Assembly (NCBI RefSeq): GCF_963921235.1
Contig: NC_086097.1
Location: 217,808,001-217,872,000 of the forward strand
DNA: 64,000 nt
Direction of reading: 5' to 3'
Source of the DNA: Mobula hypostoma
Lineage: Eukaryota
Shown: positions 52,237-64,000 of the stretch, in pieces
How the letters are laid out: every line of letters starts with the position of its first letter
Numbering within the stretch: position 1 is the stretch's first letter
Program-made: the position numbers and the translations under genes
The notes under the pieces: generated by a model
What the model saw: only the letters and a program-made list of their open reading frames with translations
Told to the model about the DNA's origin: nothing
Databases searched by the model: none

Positions 52237-52374
52237 CTGCGTTAAATTAAGAAATATTTTCAAGATATTTTAGGCATCTTTTTAAAATTTATTTTCTTTC
52301 ACACAAAAAATAGAACTGAACAATAACATTACTGTCTCATTTAAACAAATTCTAGCAACTAGTTCAGTTCAGAT

Positions 52375-53255
52375 TGTCAACAATCTCCATTGGCACAGGT
52401 GCACCACAAAGCTGTGACCTCAGTCCCCTGCTCTACTTGCTTTATACTTATGACTGTGAGGCCAAGCACAGCTCCAATCCCATATTTAAATTTGCTGACA
52501 ACACCGCTGTTGTTGGCTGAATTGAAGGTGGTGATGAATCAGCATATAGGAGGGAGACTGAAAACTTGGCTGAGTGGTGCCACTCTTACTCAGTATCAGC
52601 ATGACCGAGGAGCTGGTTATTGACCAGGAGGGGGAAACCAGAGTTCCATGAGCCAGTTATCATTGGAGGATCAGAGGTAGAAACGGTCAGCAACTTTACA
52701 TCCTTTGGTGTTATCATTTCAGTGGATCTGTCCCTAAGTCTAGCATGCAAGTGCCATTCCAAAGAAAGCTCGGCAGCACCTCTACTTTCTTAGGAGTTGG
52801 TGAAGATTCGACATGTCATCTAAAACTTTTACAAACTTCTATGCACGTGTGGTGCAGAGAGTATACTGACTGGTTGCATCATGGCCTGGAATGGAAACAC
52901 CAATGCTCTTGTATGGAAAAGCCTACAAAAGGTAACAGATACAGCCCACTTTTACACAGATAAAACCATGCCCACCATTGAGCACATCTACATGGAATGC
53001 TGTTACAGGAAAGCAGAATCCATCATCAAGGAACCCCATCATCCAGGCTATGCTCTTTTTTGACTACTGCCATCAGGAAGATGATACAGGAGCCTAAGGA
53101 CCCACACCTGGGAACAGTTATTACTAATGAACCATCAAGCTGTTGAAACCAGAGGGAATAACTTTATCAACATCACTGAACTGTTCCCACAACTTATGGA
53201 TTCACTTTCAAGAACTCCATCTCATGCTCTTATTTATTTATTGTTATTCTTTCTT
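52375..53255 (+). mobile_element. Rex1/Babar-type LINE fragment
   Basis: GTGAPQ..LSPLLY, KFAD.T.VVG, 3' motif as in the 7500 family. Confidence 0.75.
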
Positions 53256-54398
53256 TCACCTGGTTGCAAGGTGGAGATGACGGTGAATTAAATATCCAAC
53301 GGTATCAGGTAATACAGAAAGATAGGCAGGAAGGCAGAAGAGGTGGGGTGGTGCTCTTGACTAGGGATGAGATCAGGGCGATCGTGAGAGATGATATAAG
53401 ATCTACAGAGCAGAATGCTGTCCATCTGGATAGTAAAGGGAAAAAAATCACTGGTGGGTGTTGTCTATAGGCCTCCTAACAAAAATATTGCAGTGGCAGA
53501 GGCGATTAACCAAGAAATAACTGATGCTTGTAAGAATGGAACGGCAGTTGTCATGGGGGATTTTAACTTCCACATAGATTGGGTGAATCAGGTTGGTCAA
53601 GGAAGTCTTGAGGACTTCATAGAATGCATCCATGATAGCATTCTTGAGCAGCATGTTGGTGAACCTACAAAGGAAAATACTACCTTAGATCTAGTCCTGT
53701 GCAATGAGTCAGGTAAGATTAACGATCTTGTAGTCAGGGATCGTCTTGGACAGAGTGATCACAGTATGATTGAATTTCGCATTCAGATGGAGGATGAAAT
53801 AGTTAGATCTAAAACTAGTGTATAATGCTTGAACAAGGGAGACTACAACAGGATGAGGGAGGAGTTGGCTAATGTGGATTGGGAGCACAGGCTACTTGGT
53901 AGGACAGTTGAGATCAAAGAGTTGACAGGTGAAATCAAAGAGATTTTTCACAGTGCTCAACAAAAGTACATTCCAGTCAAAAGTAAGGACAGTAAGTGTG
54001 GGGAGAGCCAGCCTTGGTTAAATAAGGAAATAAAAGATAGTATCAAATTAAAAGCGCATGTGTACAAAGTCGCAAAGACTAGTGGGAGGCTGGAGGACTG
54101 GGAAAACTTTAAAAAGCAACAGAGCAACTAAACAAGAAATAAGGAAAGGGAAGATAGAGTATGAAAGTAAATTAGCACAAAATATAAAAACAAATAACAC
54201 AAGTTTTTATAAATATATAAAGCGGAAGAGGGTGGCTAAAGTCAACGTAGGTCCCTTGGAAGACGAGAAGGGGAAATTGATATTGGGTGATAAGGAAATG
54301 GCTGAGGGATTGAAATACTATTTTGTATTGGTCTTCACAGTGGAGGACACGTCTAATATGCCAAAGAAGGATGTTATGGATGAAATGGGAGGTAAGAA

Positions 54399-55306
54399 TT
54401 GTAGGCCGTATCTCGGGTAATGATGAGTTTGAGTACAGAGAGGAAATTAAGAACCTGGTGGCATGGTGCGAAGACAATAACCTATCCCTCAACATAAGCA
54501 AGACGAAGGAATTGGTTGTTGACTTCAGAAGGAGTAGCGGACTGCACAACCCAATTTACATCGGTGGTGCGCAAGTGGAACAGGTCAAAAGCTTTAAGTT
54601 CCTCTGGGTCAATATCACAAATGACCTGACTTGGTCCAACCAAGCAGAGTTCACTGCCAAGAAGGCCCACCTGTGCCCTTACTTCCTAAGAAAACTAAAG
54701 AAATTTGGCCCGTCCCCTAAAACCCTCACTGATTTTTATCGATGCACCGTAGAAAGCATTCTTCTAGGGTGCACCACAATCTGGTATGGAAGTTGTCCTG
54801 TTCGAGACTGAAAGAAGCTGCAGAAGATCATGAACATGGCACAGCACATCACACAAACCAATCTTCCGTCCGTGGACTCACTTTACACCGCACGCTGTCG
54901 GAGCAGTGCTGCCAGGATAATCAAGGACACGACCCACCCAGCCAACACACTTTTTGTCCCTCTTCCCTCCGGGAGAAAGCTCAGGAGCTTGAAGACTCGT
55001 ACGGCCAGATTTGGGAACAGCTTCTTTCCAACTGTGACAAGACCGCTGAATGGATCCTGACCCGGATCTGGGCCGGACCCTCCAAATATCCGGACCTGCC
55101 TCTCCGTTTTATTGCACTACCTTACTTTCCATTTTTCTATTTTCTATTTATGATTTATGATTTAAAATTTTAATATTTACTAATTTTAACTATTTTTAAT
55201 ATTTAATATTTGTAATCCAGGGAGTGGGAAGCACAGAATTAAATATCGCTGTGATGATTTACGTTCTAGTACCAATTGTTTGGCGACAATAAAGTACAAA
55301 GTACAA
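54399..55306 (+). mobile_element. Young Rex1/Babar-type LINE 3' fragment nested in CR1
   Basis: VGRISGNDEFEYREEIKNLVAWCEDNNLSLNISKTKELVVDFRR; aataaagtacaaagtaca tail; 5-bp direct repeat aagaa at both ends. Confidence 0.85.
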
Positions 55307-56275
55307 AAGAACTTCGATAAAATCACTGTCACTAAAGAGGTAGTGATAAGCAAACTAGAGGGCCTGAAGGTAGATAAGTCCCCTGGTCCTGATGGGATGC
55401 ATCCCAGGGTGCTGAAGGAATTGGCAGAGGTCACAGTAGACGCGTTGGTAATCATTTATCAAAACTCTCCAGACCCTGGGCAGGTCCCGGAGGATTGGAA
55501 GACAACAAATGTCACGCCACTTTTTAAAAAAGGGTGTAGGCAAAAGACGGGCAACTATAGGCGAGTTAGCTTAACAACTGTAGTTGGGAAAATGCTTGAA
55601 GCTGTCATTAAGGAAGAAATAGTAAAGCATGGATTCAGAAAGGGCAGGTCCTGTTTGACAAACTTACTGGAGTTCTTTGAGGACATAATGAGTGCAGTGG
55701 ATAGAGGGGAACAGGTGGATGTTGCATACTTGGATTTCCAGAAGGCGTTCGGTAAGGTGCCGCATGAGAGACTTATAAATAAGATACTGATGCATGGAAT
55801 CGGAGGAAGTGTATTGGCATGGATAGTGGATTGGTTAACCAACAGAAGGCAGAGAGTTGATATAAGTGGGTGTTTCTCCAGTTGGCAGTCGGTGGTGAGT
55901 GGGGTGCCGCAGGGGTCGGTGCTGGGCCCACAGCTGTTTACCATTTACATTGATGATTTGGAAGAGGGGACTGAGTGTAATGTAGCAAAATTTGCTGATG
56001 ACACTAAACTAAGTGGAAAAGCAAATTGTACAGAGGATGTGGAGAGTCTGCAAAGGGACATAGATAGGTTAAGTGAGTGGGCTTGGGTCTGGCAGATGGA
56101 ATACAACGTTGGTAAATGTGAGATCATCCACTTTGGAAGGAATAATAGAAGAGCAGATTATTATTTGAATGGTGAAAGATTGCAGCATGCTGTTGGGCAG
56201 AGAGACTTGGGAGTGCTTGTTCATGAATCGCAAAAAGTTGGCTTGCAAGTATAACAGGTTATTAAGAAGGCAAAC

Positions 56276-56492
56276 TGCTGGCTGGTGGCGTAGTGGCATC
56301 AGCGCCAGACTTTGGAGTGAAAGCTCCCGGGTTCGAATCCCACCGGCTCCCTTGCATGCTTTTCATCTGTGCTGGGTAGAGTGTTGAGCTGGAAACTCCG
56401 CCTTGTGAAAATAAGAAAGCCTGCTAAAAAAAAAATGCCGTCATGACGGCGTCTCGATGACACCACTCGGAGTTAAGGGCTTTCTTCTTCTG
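56276..56492 (+). mobile_element. tRNA-derived SINE with (TTC)n tail
   Basis: A box TGGCGTAGTGG, B box GGTTCGAATCC; 13-bp TSD taagaaggcaaac / taaggcggcaaac. Confidence 0.85.
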
Positions 56493-57879
56493 TAAGGCGG
56501 CAAACGGAATGTTGGCCTTCATTGCAAGAGGGATTGAATTCAAGAGCAGGGAGGTCATGCTGCAACTATAGAGGGTACTGGTGAGGCTGCACCTGGAGTA
56601 CTGTGTGCAGTTCTGGTCTCCATACTTGAAGGATATACTGGCTTTGGAGGCAGTGCAGAGGAGGTTCACCAGGTTGCTTCCAGGGATGAAGGGGTTAACC
56701 TATGAGGACAGATTGAGTCGCCTGGGACTATACTCTCTAGAATTAGAATGAGAGATCTTATAGAAACACAAAATTTTGACAGGGATAGATAAGAAAGTAG
56801 AAAAGAGAGCAAAATTTGCTGATGACACTAAACTGAGTGGAAAAGCAAATTGTACGGAGGATGTGGAGAGTCTGCAGAGGGATATAGATAGGTTAACTGA
56901 GTGGGTCAAGGTCTGGCAGATGGATTACAACATTGGTAAATGCCAGATCATCCATTTTGGAAGTAATAATAGAAAAGCAGATTATTATTTAAATGGTGAA
57001 AGATTGCAGCATGCTGTTGTGCAGAGGGACTTGGGAGTGCTTGTTCATGAGAGGGGATCTTATAGAAACATACAAAATTTTGAAAGGGATAGATAAGATA
57101 GAAGTAGGAAAGTTGTTTCCATTGGTAGGTGAGACTAGAACGAGGGGACATTGCCTCAAGATTCAGGGAAGATGATTTAGGACGGAGATGGGGAGAAACT
57201 TTTTCCCAGAGAGTGGTGTAACTGTGGAATTCTCTGCCCAGGGAAGCAGTTGAGGTTTCTTCACTAAATATATTTAAGATACAGTTAGATAGGTTTTTAC
57301 ATAGTAAGGGAATTATGGGTTGTGGGGAAAAGGCAGGTAGTTGGAGCTGAGTTTACAGACAGATCAGCCATGATCTTATTGAATGGCGGGGCAGGCTCGA
57401 TGGGCCAGATGGCCTACTCCTGCTCCTATTTCTTATGTTCTTTTTTTCTCCCTTTTTATACTTGCACAGTTTTGCACATTGATTGTTTGTCCACCCTGTT
57501 GAGGGCGGTCTTTCATTGATTCTATTGTGCTTCTTGTACTTACTGTGAATGCCCATAAGAAAATGAATCTCAGGGTTGTATATGGTGAAATATATGTACT
57601 TTGATAACAATTTCACTCTGAACTTTGCCAGTAAATTTTGAGAGGTCCTTCAACTGGATTCCTGTTTCTCTGATTTTGATCTTTCTGATCTTTCCCCCAG
57701 ATTGTCCATACTTATTTCGTAACATTTCCCAACCTCTTGCAACAATTTTATTCCATTGAATGTGATTTCCCCATACTGCAAATTTGTATCAGTAAAGTGA
57801 TCTAAGACACAATGTCTCTCTCAGCCACAATCAACTGAAATATCAGCAGTTTAAAAGTATTCATCCCCCCTTCCTCAGT

Positions 57880-59300
57880 TTTTGAGTGCATTTGTTGACA
57901 TGCCAAATCTCTTCAAACTCCTAATAAAGTATAGTCATTGTCTTGCCTTCCTTATGATATGTTGGGACCAGGTTAGATCCTCGGAGATCTTGACACCCAT
58001 GAACTTGAAACTACTCACTCTCTCCACTTCTGATCCCTCTATGAGGATTGGTATGTGTTCCTTCGTCTTACCGTTCTGGAATTCCACAATCAGCTCTTTC
58101 ATCTTACTGCCGTTGAGTGCAAGGTTGTTGCTGTGGCACCACTCCACTAGTTGGCATATCTCACTCCTGTATGCCCTCTTGTCACCATCTGAGATTCTAC
58201 CAACAATGATTGTATCGTCAACAAGTTTAAAGGTGGTTTTTTGAACTATACCTAGCCACACAGTCATGTGTTTATAGAGAGTAGAGCAGTGGGCTAAGCA
58301 CACACCTCTAAGGTGTGTGAGTGTTGATAGTCAGCGAGGAGGATACGCTATCACCAATCTGCACAGATTGTGATCTTCTGGTTAGGAAGTCGAGGATCCA
58401 ATTGCAGAGGCCCAGGTTCTGCAACTTCTCATACAGGATTGTGGGAATGATGGTATTAAATGCTGAGCTACAGTCGATGAACAGCATCCTGATGTAGGTG
58501 CTTGTGTTGTCCAGGTGGTCTAAAGCCGTGTGAAGAGCCATTGAGATTGCGTCTTCCGTTGACCTATTGTGGCGATAGGCAAATTACACTGGGTCCAGGT
58601 CCTTGCTGAGGCAGGAGTTCAGTCTAGTCATGACCAACCTCTCAAAGCATTTCATCACTGTCGACATGAGTACTACCGGGCGATAGTCATTAAAGCAGCC
58701 CACATTATTATTCTTAAGCACTGGTATAATTATTGCCTTTTTGAAGTAGGAACTTCTGCCCACAGCAGTGAGAGGTTGAAAATGTCCTTGAGTACTCCCA
58801 CTAGTTGGTTGGCACAGGTTTTCAGAGCTTAACTAGGTACTCCATCAGGACCTTCCACCTTGTGAGAGTTCACTCTCTTTAAAGACAGCCTAACATCAGC
58901 CTCTGAGATGGAGATCACAGGATCATCAGGTACAGCAGGGATCTTCACAGCTGTAGTGGTGTTCTCCCTTTCAAAGCATGCATAGAAGACGTTGAGTTCA
59001 TCTGGTAGTGAAGCATCGCTACCATTCAGGCTTTTGGGTTTTGCTTTGTAGGAAGTAGCATCTTAGACCTGTCAGAGGTGCCGTGCATCCGATGTTGCCT
59101 CCAACCTCGCTCGAAATTGGCTCTTCACCCTTGAAATAGCCCTCCACAAATCATACCTGGTTTTCTGGTATAAGCCTGGATCACCAGACTTGGATGCCAC
59201 AGATCTAGCCTTCAGCAGATGACGTACCTCCTGGTTCATCCACGGCCTCTGGTTTGGGAATGTACAGTAAGTCTTTCTGGGCACACACTCATCCACACAG
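57880..59300 (-). mobile_element. Rex1/Babar-type LINE RT fragment
   Basis: [57 protein letters not shown]. Confidence 0.88.
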
Positions 59301-59443
59301 AATGATATCCACAGAGAATATCATTCTCTGATATTAAAATGAACCATTGTTATCAGCTCAAAAATCCTGCTTCAATATATTTTAAATTTACAAAATGAGA
59401 CAGTAACATGTGAAAACAGTTGCGGGGGCTGAATAATTTTTCA

Positions 59444-59599
<156 letters not shown>

Positions 59600-60134
59600 T
59601 CAATAAAAACACAATCTGAACAAAGCACTAAAAATAAAAAGTTACTGAAATGCTTATGCACACACAAACTGGTACATAAATAATTCACTGGAATAGCATA
59701 CAATACACACCATTGCACCATCTATACACGTTAAATGTAGTCACTTTTTCACAATTAAAGCAAAATGTGATGATGCTAATTATGAAAGGCTGTATTTAAG
59801 AGCTGAATATCTATTACACTGAAAACAAAAAAAGGTCAGTAACCAAAAACAAGAGATTCCCACTTCTAACATATACAAAAAAAGAGAAAAAAAATCAAAA
59901 TAATCAGAAAGAATAACCAATGGGTTATATGAAAAGGCAAGGAATGGGCCAACAACTTTCTTTTGAGCTAAGAATTCTTTAATTTGAAATATCACTGAAG
60001 AATGAAGCTGATATTATTTGAACAATATCAAAAATTCTGCTTGTCTGTTGATATTTCAAGCTGAAGAAACCTCAAGGTGAGGATTTACATACCCCAAGAA
60101 ACTCTGAATTAAAAAAGACATAATGCACATAATC

Positions 60135-60765
<631 letters not shown>

Positions 60766-61172
60766 CTAGAGAAGATGCAAAATAAATTTAAATAAGCACA
60801 CAATTATGTAAAGAACTAAATTTAAATTTCAATTTATAAGCACAAAATAAAACAAAGTTTTTGTTTAAAACTTAAGTGTGCCAGAAATAGCAAGAGAGTT
60901 AGTATCTGTAGCAAAAAGGATTCTGCTCTTCACTTGGTGGTTCCAAAAATTATTAATGCAGGAGTACAGGTGATAAGGGGGGACCTTGACAGAGCAGGTG
61001 GCTGGGTTCTTTGGGTTGTTGTGCTCTTATTGCTCTGCCACTGCAAGCTTCCAGTGAGACTTGAAGCACTGGGCACCTTCCCAGGGGTGTCTGTGGTCTT
61101 TGCCAAGTAATTCACATGAACTGGTGATAACGTTACCTTTGTTGTTCCTCCCAGGGTTGTCTTGAAACATCT

Positions 61173-61392
61173 AATTTAATGTATTTAGATACATAACCCA
61201 GTAATAGGCCTTTCTTGCTCAATGAGCCCGTGCTGCCAACTACACATCAAGTGACCAATTAAACTACGAACCTGCATGTCCCTGAATCGTGGCAGGAAAC
61301 TCAGGCTGCTGCGGAGTGAATATACAAAGTCCCCACAGGCAGGAGCAGAATTAAACCTGGGTTGCTGGCACAGTAATAGTGTTACGCCAACT
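61173..61392 (-). mobile_element. V-SINE-like remnant
   Basis: Reverse strand has tRNA-like head (gttggcgtaacactattac...gggtttaattc) and CR1-like tail; flanking catct direct repeat. Confidence 0.55.
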
Positions 61393-62163
61393 GCATCTCT
61401 ATGATGGAAACAGGTGAGTAAAATAGGATCATCATAAGTCTGATCATGATGATCTGGGTGGACAGCGGGCTGAAGGGCCTGCTCCAGGTTATGAGGGTGA
61501 TGCTTAACAGGACAGCACGCTGGCTCCAGGTTTCCTGGATGGGCTCAAGGTGGCAGACACCCAGATTGTTATTGCAACAGTAGCCTCATCCCACCTACCA
61601 TTCTCTCTCGGACATTGCCAAAGTCTGCACTACCCAGCATCTCTATAGCACAGACTGGAATGAAGTATTTTCTCTGTTCTCCTGTAAATCACTTGCTGTG
61701 ACACAATCTGGAGTAGAGTGCTTGTGGTGGATCACATTGTGCATTGAATAGAGCTCATTGAATATGATTAGAAACCCTAATTAGGGATTTTGGCACATGC
61801 AAAGGCATAGATATTGGTTCATCCATTCTGCCATTGGAAATAGAGCAACTCTTCAGTTATGGTGTTGGAGGTACTTGTCCAAAATATTGAATCACAATCT
61901 TACTTGACCTTAGTGTGCACTAGGATGAGGTCTATGGTGAACTGATTTACAAAAATACACGGTGTGGAATGTGATCAAGTAACTGCTCAAGGACGGTAAT
62001 GATTTTTTGAGGACATGCAAATCTGAGAATATTCTCCAGAATCCCTAATGGTTTTTTGATTCAAAAGATTTTACACTACTACAAAAAGACCTTGGTAATA
62101 TTTTAGTGACAAGCTTCAATGGAATTGGAGAAAACAAAATGAAGAAACTTGTTTCACTTAAAC

Positions 62164-62505
62164 CAGTGGTCCACAACCTCCAGGCCGCGGACCGATACAT
62201 TGCCGTGAAGAACGCAGCGGTACAGCAGTAGCCAGAACGCACCCAGCACATCTTTAAAAAAAAAGCCGAAATAAACAAGCTAATTGATTAGGTGCCGCCC
62301 GGTACGTAAATGTCAGCCCAGATCACAGGCGATTGCCGATTGCGTTGCCTCTGATCTGGACTGACATTTACGTGCCGGGCAGCACCTAATTAACTAGCTT
62401 GTTTATTTCCACTTTTTTCTTAAAGATATCCTGGGTGTGTTCCGGCTACCGCTGCATTCTTCATGGCAACGTATCGGTCCACGGCCCGGAGGTTGGGGAC
62501 CACTG
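62164..62505. mobile_element. 342-bp palindromic hAT (Charlie-like) MITE
   Basis: cagtggtcc.caacctcc ... ggaggttggggaccactg; the two halves are inverted copies almost to the centre; exact 8-bp TSD acttaaac (62156-62163 / 62506-62513). Confidence 0.93.
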
Positions 62506-63092
62506 ACTTAAACAATGATGGGGGGGGAGGGGGTGCAACATCTGAAATTCAATACCCATTGGGGTAAGTGAGGTAAAAACCCTCAATACATTTACAAGTT
62601 ACTGGATGAAAACCTGATGAATCATAAGCCAGAAGCTTGAAAATGGGACAAATGTAAAGTACTCTTGACTGGCCACAATGAACAAATAGGTGGATTTCTC
62701 TCTTTACAAATGTGACTAACTTTTTGAAAAATAAATTTATTTGTACTGATATATAAAAATATGTGCTTGTTATTTTTATCAATATTTTAAATAGTATATT
62801 TTGATAATAGCAAGTTTAAAGCAGAGATTAGTTGTGTAATGGAGTTTATCTAGTATTTGCAGCCTATGGATTTATTACAGTTTAACTGCCTGAAAATAGG
62901 AAGGGTCAGTTTCAAACCACTTCTCTTTCTAAAATATAACATGTTAAATATAAAAGTAATAGGCGTAATCCTAAATTATATTACTCATAGTTCTTCATAA
63001 TACATAATTTTAAAGAGGTCCAACAACACTTAACTTTCATAGAAGATGTTTCAAATCCAACTTTTGTTCATTATCTATTAGCAGCTGATTAA

Positions 63093-63111
63093 TAGTGCCA
63101 TCTGCTGACCA
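63093..63111 (-). promoter_or_regulatory. Candidate CTCF site
   Basis: Minus strand TGGTCAGCAGATGGCACTA is close to the CCASYAGRKGGCRS consensus; lies in non-repeat intronic DNA. Confidence 0.5.
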
Positions 63112-63276
63112 AATGCATGTTTTCCATCTTGCAGCAAGATGAAAAAAAATGAAGGACAAATTAATCTAACCCTTAAAGTTCCAGCTGGATCATGCCCAGT
63201 TAATAGATAAATATCTGTTTTCGTATCAGATCTAGGATTCTTGAGGAGCTAATGTTCCACTATTCAAAAGAACCAG

Positions 63277-64000
63277 GGAAATAGGATGATTTGGCAGATA
63301 AATGCATGGCTGAGAAGCTGGTGCAGGGGTCAGGGCTTCAGGTTCTTGGATAACTGGGATCTCTTCTGGGGGAGGTATGACCTGTTCAAAAGTGACGGGT
63401 TGCACCTGAACCTGAGGGGGACCAATATTCTCGCAGGCAGGTTTGTTAGAGCTGTTGGGGAGGGTTTAAACTAATTTGGCAGGGGGGTGGGAACTGGAAT
63501 GAAGGAACTCAGGAAAGGACAGATGGTAAAAAAGTAAAGATAGCATGCAGTCAGATTGTCAGGAAGGGAAGGCAGGTGCTGGGACTTAGTTGCAGCCAAT
63601 AGGCTGAGTATCAAATCATTAGGGATGCAGAGTCAGTACAAGAAATAAGGCAGATGATCTTGTTGCAATATTACAGATTGCCAGGTATGATGTTGTGGCC
63701 ATCACTGAATCATGGCTGAAGGATGGCTGTAGTTAGGAACTGAATGTCCAAGGTTACACATTATATTGGAGAGATAGGAAGGTAGGCAGAGGGGGTGGTA
63801 TGGCTCTACTGGTAAAGAATGGCATCAAATCAGTAGAAAGATGTGACATAAGATCGAAAGATGTTGAATCCTTGTGGATTGAGTTAAGAAACTGCAAGGG
63901 TAAAAGGACGTTGATGGCAGTTATATATAGGCCTCCCAACAGTGGCTGGGAGGTGGACCACAGGCTACAACAGGAAATAGAAAAGGTGTATCAAAAGGGC
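63277..64000 (+). mobile_element. CR1 fragment: ORF1 esterase C-terminus and start of APE
   Basis: NAWLRSWCR.QGFRF.DNW...DGLHLN (SGNH esterase DxxH), then DVVAITESWL, GGG.ALLVK and IYRPP. Confidence 0.9.

Larger units (their letters stand above)
53260..57441 (+). mobile_element. CR1 ORF2 (APE plus RT) and 3'UTR, with two nested insertions and an internal duplication
   Basis: APE ORFs 53264..53825 (VYRPP, GDFN, SDH); 324-aa RT ORF 55280..56254; tail tatttcttatgttct. Confidence 0.95.

Noticed and set aside
55280..56254. 324-aa reverse transcriptase ORF as active or domesticated gene, or retron-like system
   Set aside because: Ordinary CR1 ORF2 fragment with a premature stop, an internal deletion and two nested insertions
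56280..56352. Possible tRNA gene
   Set aside because: A and B boxes are present but the anticodon stem does not pair, and it is followed by a body, tail and TSD, so it is a SINE head
59766..59806. C/D box snoRNA (TGATGA...CTGA)
   Set aside because: Boxes only about 30 nt apart and antisense to the host gene

Overview
Vertebrate genomic DNA, most likely a cartilaginous fish (inferred from the repeat content: CR1 LINEs, Rex1/L2-type LINE 3' fragments, V-SINEs, Deu-SINEs and Penelope-like elements). Two spliced genes lie in tandem on the minus strand. COPS5/CSN5 has six coding exons at 60765..45784, including the JAMM motif and the stop codon; its first exons are beyond the right edge. PPP1R42/LRRC67 has a putative CpG-rich promoter at about 36.8-37.45 kb and four coding exons at 29236..4310; its later exons are beyond the left edge. 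All exons were phase-checked with GT-AG boundaries. The rest is mostly decayed, often nested transposons. Most notable: (1) a non-autonomous Helitron with intact A|TC...hairpin-CTAG|T ends and an STPR-like repeat ORF, carrying a nested Penelope element; (2) six Penelope termini whose consensus rebuilds a minimal hammerhead ribozyme, each copy damaged mainly by CpG decay; (3) Penelope-derived hairpins next to exons; (4) a CpG-rich solo LTR in sense orientation inside PPP1R42; (5) a near-full-length IR/DR Tc1 with a DD34E-to-K change; (6) an unusual tRNA-headed SINE, palindromic hAT MITEs and an RNase H-bearing I/Nimb LINE fragment. I see no CRISPR array or prokaryotic system, and nothing I can claim as a wholly new system from sequence alone. 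Family names come from motif recognition, not database searches.
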